From: a virus | Length of the DNA: 64,000 nucleotides | Strand: one strand, 5' to 3' | IMG/VR virus record: IMGVR_UViG_3300047553_000365 | Span: 32,001 to 96,000 of that record | Shown here: in pieces, positions 19,098 to 26,967 of the stretch | Position numbering within the stretch: position 1 is the stretch's first letter | How the letters are laid out: the number at the start of each line of letters is the position of its first letter | Program-made: the position numbers and the translations under genes | The notes under the pieces: generated by a model | Database searches by the model: none | What the model was told of the DNA's origin: nothing | What the model saw: only the letters and a program-made list of their open reading frames with translations

Positions 19098-19253
19098 TTA
19101 GTCTGCCTCATCTACAATGAAGACAGAAGCATAAGATTGAGTCTTAGGGTCTTCATAGCTTACACCATAGGCAGGATTGCAATCCTTAAGGGCAGCACAG
19201 TTACTAAGAGTAATTGCACCAATCATAATTCCAATATATTTCAACGTTTTCAT
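19098..19253 (-). CDS. small putative lipoprotein (51 aa, not in ORF track)
   Basis: MKTLKYIGIMIGAITLSNC: basic N-terminus, hydrophobic stretch, lipobox-like LSNC. Confidence 0.6.
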   Translation of the reverse strand: MKTLKYIGIMIGAITLSNCAALKDCNPAYGVSYEDPKTQSYASVFIVDEAD

Positions 19254-19265
19254 ATTTATTTTATT

Positions 19266-19445
19266 TTAGCAGTTATACCATTTATTACAACATTTACATT
19301 TAAAAGTTCCTCCAAATACAGGGTGTGCAGACTCCATAATATGTTTACCAGTTTTAGTAACTTCACACACTGTATTGATTTGTCGGCTAGAAGTAGGATT
19401 GAACATACTTAGAATAATTTCACCAATGAGTTTCAATATTTTCAT
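19266..19445 (-). CDS. small Cys/His-rich protein (59 aa, not in ORF track)
   Basis: Hand translation ...CEVTKTGKH...FKCKCCNKWYNC. Confidence 0.55.
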   Translation of the reverse strand: MKILKLIGEIILSMFNPTSSRQINTVCEVTKTGKHIMESAHPVFGGTFKCKCCNKWYNC

Positions 19446-19449
19446 AGGT

Positions 19450-21170
19450 TTATTTCTTGTAGCCTTTCAGTAGTTCTCCAATATGTTCAAGAACCAATTT
19501 AGCTTCTTCGATAGTAAGACAAACCATTCCACCATTATAGTTCATCTTTTGAGACTTGTCAATCTCAAAATTTGCAATAGTAATTCCATCACCCCCAACA
19601 TCTTTACGAAAATTCTCAATAGAAATACCATAAGTCTGTCCCATGAAGATTTTAATTTCCTTATATACTTCTGGTTCCATAATTTTATTCTTCAAATTGT
19701 CTTACATATTCGTCTGCCATCATAGATATAATGGTTACTTGCCATGTTAGGGGAAACCACTTATCCCTAATCAACTCCCAAAAATCCTTTGGCCACCTAC
19801 CATATTCACACAGATATTTCCATGCTTTAATATGTTCAGGATTCTTAATATCAAAATAGTCTACGATTGATTCTTGCATATTACAGTTTGTTTAATTCTT
19901 TTCTTATTTTAGTGTTACAAGGAAAACAATGTTCACATGGAAAAAAACCCTTTGGAATAGTTTCCGTTACTGTTCCTTCCACCTTTAAACATTTACTATG
20001 TTCAGCATGATATACCCTAACACCCCAACGAGGAGTTGCAATTGCTTTTGGGTTATATTTTAATTTCATAGTTTGTTAATTTCTTCAAACGCTTTCTCCC
20101 AATTGTTTGTATCCATTAGAACGGAGATAGCGAGTTGGTCATACTTACCCAAGGTCTTGAATTTGTCAACAAATTCCTTTGCCTTTTGTTCTGCAAGTTC
20201 CGCAGATTCATTTACAGTAAGTGTAAATAGATTAAGATTGTTAATAAGTTTCGGTGACATGGTTATAGTATACCGTGGTTTTAATTACTTGGTAAATGCT
20301 CTGATAGAATACAGAGAGATACTAAATAGGATTGCAGTTCTAATAACATAGAGTTCAACATATTGTAGAGAACATCCGATACAATCCAAAATACCATTAA
20401 CATAAGGTTCCTTCATAAACCATGCGATTAAAAGAATGGAAGGTAGACCAATAATTGCAGGAGTAGATTCTGGCTTCTCATCAAACTTAAGTAGTTTAGA
20501 GAATGTCCAAACACCAAATAGAAAGACACTCAAGCCTGTAAGATAACCCCATAATGCATAGTCAAACAAAAATCCACCACCTAACATAATTGGTAGACCT
20601 GTCCACCAAGGAAGGTTAAAAAGATAACTAAGTATTTTCATAATTAATAAGTGTCTTTCTGAGTCCTTCTATTACAGATATCATCTTCCCATTCATTATG
20701 TTTAGGAACATGATTCTCAACTGCTTCTTCCCTTGTGTTGGCAAATTGCCATACCCAACAAGCAACATCTAGCTTCTCAAAAGCATCTTTCCAAGATTCA
20801 TTCTCTTCAAAAGCAACAATATTGCCATCATTTTCTTCGATTGTAATGTATCTGTTCATAATTAATAAAGATTTTCAGAATATAATATTCCCGTTTGCCC
20901 ATCATAACAGAGTTTTCTAATTTGTCCATTTTTTTCTGCAACTGCCCAAGCCTCTTCTCTTGATAAGAATTCACCAAACTGATTAATAAATCCTTGTTTC
21001 TCTACTTGATATTTAAAATTATCCCCATAGATTCTTCTACCTGTTTCTCTCATATCTGGTGAAAAATGTCTAACTCCCGAAAGAATTAACCCATCTTTCA
21101 TCATCATAGCTGCACATACTATGATAGAGTCAGGCTTTACTAAACCTTTTTCTGTCCAATAGTCTTCCAT
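19450..21170 (-). CDS. run of seven small hypothetical proteins (19450-19695, 19685-19879, 19881-20069, 20066-20260, 20285-20641, 20644-20859, 20862-21170)
   Basis: Contiguous ORFs of 62-118 aa; 20285-20641 is multi-pass hydrophobic. Confidence 0.6.
20267..20287 (-). promoter_or_regulatory. phage promoter motif copy 13 (CCA variant)
   Basis: TAATTAAAACCA-CGG-TATACT, 6 nt to ATG 20260. Confidence 0.75.
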
Positions 21171-21180
21171 AATTTTAAGG

Positions 21181-21213
21181 GGTAGCAGTAACCCACTCCT
21201 AGATTACTGCTAC
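21181..21213. terminator. intergenic hairpin, possible terminator or processing site
   Basis: ggtagcagtaa / ttactgctacc perfect 11-bp inverted repeat; no clear U-tract on the minus strand. Confidence 0.45.
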
Positions 21214-21243
21214 CGTTTTACTCCCCACCACTTGTATTACAAG

Positions 21244-21738
21244 TTATTCAACATCTGTAGGAATTCCAAGAATGTTCTCTGCCTTAACATTGAAACATTC
21301 CTTAACTTCCTCAACTTCTCCCATAAGCTTCTTTGCATCACTACCAGTAAGATAGGAAGCAAACTGTTCCTTACTCACTTCTGATCCATCAACATAGTAA
21401 TGGGTCTTAGTCCTATTACCCACAGAAGGGTAAAGACGAATGTAATCCACTCCCTTATGTTCGATGATATAAGGGAATTGCTTCCATTGTCCCCAAGGAA
21501 GTGCGCCAACTTCTCCCCTAGTTCCTTCTTCAATTCCCTGCTTAACGCTGGAAAGGTTAGCATAATCAATACCAGCCCTTACAACACCTTCTGATACCTT
21601 TTCAAGAATAACATTCTTAAAAGAAGCAGCAGGTTTAGGTTGAGACTTCCAGCAAACCTTTACAAAGTTACCCTTTGCAGACAGAATCTTATTCTTAATT
21701 GCATCGGCACTCAATGACATATTAGTAGTATCGCTCAT
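21244..21738 (-). CDS. hypothetical protein
   Basis: 164 aa; ATG 6 nt after a promoter motif. Confidence 0.75.
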   Translation of the reverse strand: MSDTTNMSLSADAIKNKILSAKGNFVKVCWKSQPKPAASFKNVILEKVSEGVVRAGIDYANLSSVKQGIEEGTRGEVGALPWGQWKQFPYIIEHKGVDYIRLYPSVGNRTKTHYYVDGSEVSKEQFASYLTGSDAKKLMGEVEEVKECFNVKAENILGIPTDVE

Positions 21739-21744
21739 ATCAGT

Positions 21745-21765
21745 ATTATAGTTCGGTTTTAATTA
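21745..21765 (-). promoter_or_regulatory. phage promoter motif copy 14
   Basis: TAATTAAAACCG-AAC-TATAAT, 6 nt to ATG 21738. Confidence 0.8.
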
Positions 21766-22483
21766 GTAGTTTCTATTAGCATTCACAAGACCATCAAACC
21801 ATGATTGGTCTTCCATAGACTTAGTAGCATTAGGACAAGTCCTAGAGATAAAAACATTAATATACTTACTGGTAGTTTTACTATGTTTGTAACCAGTAAT
21901 AACAACTCCCCTGCCGGGAATAAATGCAGCAACAGGAGTAGAGTAAGAATAAAAGATAACGCTTCCATCATTAAGATGAATGTCCGTTTGATTAGGAGAA
22001 ACATTAATAACTTTCATGGCCCTATTGTATCCCGGTTTTAATTACTATTCTTTTTCTATTGGAGTATGCACATTAACACAGTAAATCAAATTGTCATTTC
22101 CTCTACCACTATTTCTATATTCAAATGATCTACAAAACTCGTATCCTTTTTCTTTCCACATTTTACCAAGGAATTCATTTCTTTCATTCACATCATCAAA
22201 CTCATAGTAATTAGTAGTCACAGAGGTTTTTCTACCTTTGATAAATATCCAACTACTACCTGTATGTTGAAAGGTTAAGGACATATTAATATTCGTAGCC
22301 TTTATATTTTCTATAAGTATCAAAACATTCGGGATCTTGTTTGGCTTTTCGCCTTTCTTCTCTGATCTTACTTTTCTTTAAATATTTACGATACTTTGAT
22401 TGTTTATGTTCTCCCCCTTTTTTGGGAGAATCAAAATATCTTTCAATTTGTTCTGACATAATAGTGTAATTAATGGCGATCAC
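21763..22483 (-). CDS. three small hypothetical proteins (21763-22017, 22045-22323, 22286-22483)
   Basis: Contiguous ORFs. Confidence 0.55.
22024..22044 (-). promoter_or_regulatory. phage promoter motif copy 15
   Basis: TAATTAAAACCG-GGA-TACAAT, 6 nt to ATG 22017. Confidence 0.8.
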
Positions 22484-22551
22484 GGCAAGATTCGAACTTG
22501 CAACCTAATCCTTAGAAGGGATTTGCTCTGGTCCTATTGAGCTACGCGACC
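22474..22551 (-). tRNA. tRNA-Arg(UCU)
   Basis: GGTCGCG acceptor, AATCC-CTTCTAA-GGATT anticodon arm, GCAAGTTCGAATCTTGC T arm, encoded CCA. Confidence 0.9.
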
Positions 22552-22560
22552 ATGTTAATA

Positions 22561-23094
22561 TTATTTATCCTCAATATTGAATTTGTCACGAAGATCATTC
22601 ATAAGTTCAACTGCTTCAAGGGTAGTATCCTCTCCACTTTTAATATACTCCAAGGCTCTAGCAACAACATTCCTTAGATTACTAACAGCCTTTTTAACAT
22701 GAGTATACTCCTCATTCGTGTCACAGATATAAAGAGAGATTTTTTCCAATTCCTTAAGACTTTCGATTTTTCCATACCAGATTTTTTCTATTGTTTCAAT
22801 AACCCTTTCTTTAACCCTTTCATTCCATCCTGCAACTCTATTAACCCTAGTGCTTTTAAGGACACCCTTATTAGTTCTAGTATTAACAGCACAGATACGA
22901 ATAGCATCTGCTCCACACTTACGAGAAACCCCATTAGTAATGGAGGAATAAACCAACACCATAATATCAGGATTCTTCTTACTAGTGTAGGAATAGACAA
23001 TCTCATTTCCTGACTTATCCTTTGTCCAACCTTTAGCGTGTTGCAAAAGGCCATCAAATTCTAATTCAGTAATGGTAACATAGGTCTTGCTCAT
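22561..23094 (-). CDS. hypothetical protein
   Basis: Start moved to MSKTY, 6 nt after a promoter motif. Confidence 0.65.
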   Translation of the reverse strand: MSKTYVTITELEFDGLLQHAKGWTKDKSGNEIVYSYTSKKNPDIMVLVYSSITNGVSRKCGADAIRICAVNTRTNKGVLKSTRVNRVAGWNERVKERVIETIEKIWYGKIESLKELEKISLYICDTNEEYTHVKKAVSNLRNVVARALEYIKSGEDTTLEAVELMNDLRDKFNIEDK

Positions 23095-23100
23095 GCCCAA

Positions 23101-23121
23101 AGTATACCCCGGTTTTAATTA
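23101..23121 (-). promoter_or_regulatory. phage promoter motif copy 16
   Basis: TAATTAAAACCG-GGG-TATACT, 6 nt to ATG 23094. Confidence 0.8.
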
Positions 23122-24027
23122 ATCTTTCTTTCTCTTAACAATTTTACCAGTTTCTTCTCCCCAAATAATAAGAGGACATTCACGCTTGTAAGTCATTTTA
23201 ACAGTCTCCCCAATGAACTTGAAGATTCCACCAATTCCCCCAAAGAACCCACAGATAACCCTATCTGCTTTGGTAATATGATCGGCAGTTACAAATTGAT
23301 CTAGAACATTCCACAGAATCTTAATACACACTACAAAGATAGCAATACAAAGAATAATAATTGCAGCTTGAAGGAATCCCAAGATATGCATTGCACAGAA
23401 AGCATACATCTTATAGACTACAAATAGAATAGCAGCCACAACCACAGGAATCAAACACTTAACAACGATGGCAGCATACTTGGAAATAGTATTGATAGCC
23501 TTACGCTTAAATGCTTCTCTTTTTTGGTGTTTCTCCATAGCCTTTTTTCTAACCTCATCAAGTTCCGCCATTCTTTTCTTGGCAATAGGATAATGGGTTT
23601 TCTTCCAATTAGTATTCGCCTTAAACCATGCAGCATATCTAGAAATTTCGTCTGAACCATAATTATAATAAAGATAATTAAATAGTCCATCGAAAAGTTG
23701 TGCATTGTTTTTATATTTTTTAAAACATTCAACAATTACATGAGCAGGTGGTTCAAGTGGGGTATTCAACTTGGCTTTAAGTTTCTCGTATTTACTAGTT
23801 TCCATCTTATCCGAGAAATCCGCCAATGGTTTGAGAGAAACTATATAAAGAAGTTTGGCCACAAAGACAAAGGGCAAACAAATAAGGGCAAGCCAAGTCA
23901 TCCAAAAGAACGGACAATAACCCATATAAAAATTCGGCGCATCAATACCAAAAGTGTAAAGTTGAATTTTACACATCCAATGATTGCAATCCAGTTTCTT
24001 TTCTTTCTTTCTAATATCTTCGTTCAT
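23119..24027 (-). CDS. membrane protein, hypothetical
   Basis: 302 aa with several hydrophobic segments. Confidence 0.7.
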   Translation of the reverse strand: MNEDIRKKEKKLDCNHWMCKIQLYTFGIDAPNFYMGYCPFFWMTWLALICLPFVFVAKLLYIVSLKPLADFSDKMETSKYEKLKAKLNTPLEPPAHVIVECFKKYKNNAQLFDGLFNYLYYNYGSDEISRYAAWFKANTNWKKTHYPIAKKRMAELDEVRKKAMEKHQKREAFKRKAINTISKYAAIVVKCLIPVVVAAILFVVYKMYAFCAMHILGFLQAAIIILCIAIFVVCIKILWNVLDQFVTADHITKADRVICGFFGGIGGIFKFIGETVKMTYKRECPLIIWGEETGKIVKRKKD

Positions 24028-24028
24028 A

Positions 24029-24268
24029 TTATTCGTTTTCTTTTTGTTGTTTAAGTTGTTGTTCCATTAATTCGTTTTGTCGTCTAAGTTCTTCCACCAT
24101 CTGTTTTTGTTGTCTTACCGATTCAATTCTAGGACTGATATAAGTAAGATCTCCCCCACTATACATGGAATAAACCACAGTAAAAATTAGGGAAAAGAGA
24201 GTCAAACATATCAATGATGTAACAATTATTTCCAGTAGTGTATATCCTTTTTTCATTTTGTCAAACAT
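24029..24268 (-). CDS. prepilin-type N-terminal cleavage/methylation motif protein
   Basis: MKKG-YTLLEIIVT followed by a hydrophobic helix (class III signal, Glu at +5); coiled-coil C-terminus. Confidence 0.7.
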   Translation of the reverse strand: MFDKMKKGYTLLEIIVTSLICLTLFSLIFTVVYSMYSGGDLTYISPRIESVRQQKQMVEELRRQNELMEQQLKQQKENE

Positions 24269-24775
24269 TTTTGTTTTGCGTATTCAAGAGAAGCAGCCCT
24301 AGCCATTGACCATCCAAATTTGTTAGGAATAAATCTACCAATGACTGCATAGTTTTCGTCAAGAAAGTGAGGATCAAGAGTTTCAAACTCTGTATGAATT
24401 CCTGCCAGTAGCATTAGCTTATGGCCATTAAATGTAATACAGCCATGATACTTTGCTTCCACAATAGTATTACCATTACAATGAGATATTGTAACAATAT
24501 CAAAATTGTGTGGGTCTGGTTTACAGCCCATAGCAATCATCTTAATATCAGGAGCCATACTTAACAATCAATGGATGAAGTTCTTTGCGAACAATTGTGC
24601 TATTATAATATCCACGAATCTTTTCTCCCTGAATATTACGAAAATGATTTGACCTAGCATCAGTGGATGCAATGATATTATCGAATAGAATACCAGCGTA
24701 TTCCAATCTAACACTATAATCTTTTCTAGTAATAAAATACCAGAACTTAGTAAGCAAGCGAACGATTAGTTTCAT
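24253..24775 (-). CDS. two hypothetical proteins (24253-24567, 24548-24775)
   Basis: ORFs in operon. Confidence 0.55.
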
Positions 24776-25487
24776 ATTTTTTATTGGTTTTTGTTTCGAC
24801 TACAAATCCAGAAGTATCTTTCTTAGCTTTACCCAATGCTACCAAACCAGCAACAACATTCTTGGGATCTTTAAACCTAAGATCATGTTTAGTGGCATCA
24901 ATAACTTTCTTACCCATATAAGTTTTGGGAAGCTTATCCTTAAACACCACAGCAACATTAGCCCCACAGCCAAGGACAATTGCAACAGCATTGTCATTAT
25001 TCTCTGCCTTGGAGAATGTAAGGTGATAATTTTTAGGAAGTTCCCCCATGATGTAGCGCATCATTCTCTTATCATTCTTAGTGTAATCATAGAATTGAGT
25101 AGTGGGAAAATGCTGCATAAGAGATTTACCTTGATACTTAATTGATTCCCATGCAATATCAGAAGTAAGGTTCAACCTAAAGCAAATCTTTTCTCCCCTA
25201 CGCTTTGCAGTCCTAACCTTATTACGGACTTCCTTATAGAGTTGAGCCATAAATGATTCACGATTTTCAAAGAACCATTTAGTTTTCTTAATCCGTGCTT
25301 GTTGCACAATATCGTATTGACCATAACCAGCAGTATTAAGGCAAGATTCCTTGCAGCCCTTACTTGCATTAGGACAAACATCATGACCAGACAAATCCGT
25401 AGGTGCAAGATGAAGACCAAATGTTCTCCATCCATACTTTTCACCTTTAACGATTTTAGTATTACTTCTGCTAATTAGCTTCGTCAT
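24747..25487 (-). CDS. Gp88-like phage protein
   Basis: VCPNASKGCKESCL, FRLNLTSDI, QFYDYTK and YHLTFS pattern of the gene-product-88 family. Confidence 0.7.
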   Translation of the reverse strand: MTKLISRSNTKIVKGEKYGWRTFGLHLAPTDLSGHDVCPNASKGCKESCLNTAGYGQYDIVQQARIKKTKWFFENRESFMAQLYKEVRNKVRTAKRRGEKICFRLNLTSDIAWESIKYQGKSLMQHFPTTQFYDYTKNDKRMMRYIMGELPKNYHLTFSKAENNDNAVAIVLGCGANVAVVFKDKLPKTYMGKKVIDATKHDLRFKDPKNVVAGLVALGKAKKDTSGFVVETKTNKKYETNRSLAY

Positions 25488-25493
25488 GGCCCC

Positions 25494-25514
25494 ATTATAA
25501 GTCGGTTTTAATTA
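25494..25514 (-). promoter_or_regulatory. phage promoter motif copy 17
   Basis: TAATTAAAACCG-ACT-TATAAT, 6 nt to ATG 25487. Confidence 0.8.
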
Positions 25515-25521
25515 ACCAAAC

Positions 25522-26065
25522 TTAACAGCCAAAGTATACAATCCCATCTTCTTCACAAAATATAAATGGAAATTCTTCCTCTGGATCATGCTCTGTGCAT
25601 TTCCTAAAGAACTCATAGTTATCTAATGGTATTGTTCTAGCCTCATCCACCTTGATATAAATGGGTTTATCATTATAGTCACAGTCTGTTAAGAAGTCCG
25701 CAACCTGCCCATAATTATTCAATCCCTCAATCTTATTCATATTAATTAGTTGTTGGTTTATTATCTAAATCCATAAAAAACTTTCTAATAGAAGTGACAT
25801 AGAACATCTTAGTTTGATTGGCGATATTCGATTTAAAAAGAAATGACGGCATATCAAAATCATTCTCATAAGCGAACACCGTAGTATTGTCATTGATTCT
25901 GCCAATGAAACTTGGATCGCTCTTAGTGATCGCCTTGTCCTTTAACACCTGACAGAGATTGGCGATAGCTTCATCGCTAGACTTCTGATTTGAAAGGAAT
26001 ATAAAGCCAAGATGTTCCAAGTAATTAGCCCTAACCTCATCTAATGTGATGTTCGCAATATTCAT
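25522..26065 (-). CDS. two hypothetical proteins (25522-25740, 25742-26065)
   Basis: ORFs downstream of the array terminator. Confidence 0.55.
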
Positions 26066-26164
26066 GTGTATGTGATATACGGGACCGCTTATGTCATACC
26101 ACGCACACAAAGTTATTATAACTTAATGAATTTGATATTTTAATAAGTTTGTTATAAAAATGAA

Positions 26165-26194
26165 AGTGGTGTAGTCTTTCACAACTACACCACT
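26165..26194 (-). terminator. intrinsic terminator closing the ncRNA array
   Basis: AGTGGTGTAGT / ACTACACCACT 11-bp stem followed by TTCATTTTT on the minus strand. Confidence 0.8.
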
Positions 26195-26212
26195 CGTTTA
26201 GGTATATCAAAC

Positions 26213-26333
26213 AAATCTCTTTTTTATTATAGAATCCCGTTCTACCACTAAACTAACCGCTCCATAAGGAGGGTATTGGAATCGAACCAATGACTGGATT
26301 TTGGATTAATAATGTTACTTGCTGTAGAGATTT
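26213..26333 (-). ncRNA. array unit F: YrlA/Y-RNA-like RNA with permuted tRNA module
   Basis: AAATCTCT/AGAGATTT closing stem, ACAGCAAG box, T arm ATTGGTTCGATTCCAAT, acceptor-like hairpin ACCCTCC-TTAT-GGAGCGGT, D arm TAGTTTAGTGGTAGAAC. Confidence 0.8.
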
Positions 26334-26337
26334 TATC

Positions 26338-26484
26338 AGAAATCCATCTTGTTTGCTTCCCTGCGTCTACCAGTTTCGCCATCCCCAACGTTTATTTATA
26401 TAAGTGTGGGGAGTAGGACTTGAACCTACAGGTGATCTATTGATCGCGGGACTTTACATTGCTATTATTTGCTGTTGAATTTCT
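26338..26484 (-). ncRNA. array unit E: YrlA-like RNA with permuted class II (Leu-like) tRNA module
   Basis: AGAAATT/GATTTCT stem, ACAGCAAAT box, variable-arm-like GATC-AATA-GATC, T arm GTAGGTTCAAGTCCTAC, TCCCCA...TGGGGA acceptor-like stem, D arm TGGCGAAACTGGTAGACGCA. Confidence 0.8.
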
Positions 26485-26488
26485 TATC

Positions 26489-26611
26489 AGAACTTGTTTT
26501 TTTCTTTTTTCATGCTGCCACTACACCATACGCTCCGCTAGGAACGTAGCAGGATTCGAACCTGCGCCTCTTGTTTACATACAATTAGATAATATTTGCA
26601 GTTCAAGTTCT
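26489..26611 (-). ncRNA. array unit D: YrlA-like RNA with permuted tRNA module
   Basis: AGAACTTG/CAAGTTCT stem, ACTGCAAAT box, T arm GCAGGTTCGAATCCTGC, TACGTTCC-TAGC-GGAGCGTA hairpin, D-like TGGTGTAGTGGCAGCA. Confidence 0.8.
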
Positions 26612-26615
26612 TATC

Positions 26616-26678
26616 AGATTACATTTTACTTGGTTTCATTTATCAATTGAATAGTATATATTTGCTGTATTGTAATCT
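26616..26678 (-). ncRNA. array unit C: short stem-loop RNA
   Basis: AGATTACA/TGTAATCT stem, ACAGCAAAT box, A-rich loop; GATA linkers on both sides. Confidence 0.7.
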
Positions 26679-26682
26679 TATC

Positions 26683-26739
26683 AAGTCTCGTTTTTTCCTA
26701 TTTTGCTAATTGGTTTTTTATATTTGCTGGTTGAGACTT
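26683..26739 (-). ncRNA. array unit B: short stem-loop RNA
   Basis: AAGTCTC/GAGACTT stem, CCAGCAAAT box, A-rich loop. Confidence 0.7.
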
Positions 26740-26743
26740 TATC

Positions 26744-26796
26744 AGAATAGTTTTGTTTCCTTTCTTAAATGTAGAATATATTTGCTGGACTATTCT
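26744..26796 (-). ncRNA. array unit A: short stem-loop RNA
   Basis: AGAATAGT/ACTATTCT stem, CCAGCAAAT box, A-rich loop. Confidence 0.7.
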
Positions 26797-26800
26797 TATA

Positions 26801-26882
26801 GAATAAAGGATTCAATACTTGGGATTACCATCATTTCGCAGCAAGCTTAACTGTATCAGGGTTCCTTTTCAAGCCTTTATTC
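26801..26882 (-). ncRNA. array leader unit G: 82-nt stem-closed RNA
   Basis: GAATAAAGG/CCTTTATTC 9-bp stem; joined to unit A by TATA; contains CTTGCTG instead of CAGCAA. Confidence 0.6.
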
Positions 26883-26894
26883 ATGGCGTAATAC

Positions 26895-26923
26895 TATTTA
26901 TCACAATAGCATTACGGTGTCAA
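26895..26923 (-). promoter_or_regulatory. possible promoter of the ncRNA array
   Basis: TTGACA-N17-TAAATA, 12 nt upstream of unit G; the -10 is non-canonical. Confidence 0.45.
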
Positions 26924-26955
26924 GTAGTTAGTGTTATGAGCAGTAAACTACTGAC
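26919..26955 (-). terminator. hairpin downstream of the TROVE gene
   Basis: gtca(a)gtagtt ... aactactgac imperfect inverted repeat. Confidence 0.4.
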
Positions 26956-26967
26956 AAGGTGCTTAGG

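Noticed and set aside
19100-19190. Apparent structured RNA (CTGCCT/AGGCAG, ATGAAGAC/GTCTTCAT stems)
   Set aside because: It lies inside the credible 51-aa lipoprotein ORF and has no tRNA-like features.
26213-26882. CRISPR array interpretation of the repeated TTTGCTG...TTATCAG pattern
   Set aside because: No identical repeats, unit lengths vary from 53 to 147 nt, stems differ in sequence, and no cas genes are present.
19095-26900. TAAATA as a T4-like late promoter upstream of tRNAs and the array
   Set aside because: The hexamer is common by chance in AT-rich DNA, and two instances include the stop codon of the upstream gene.
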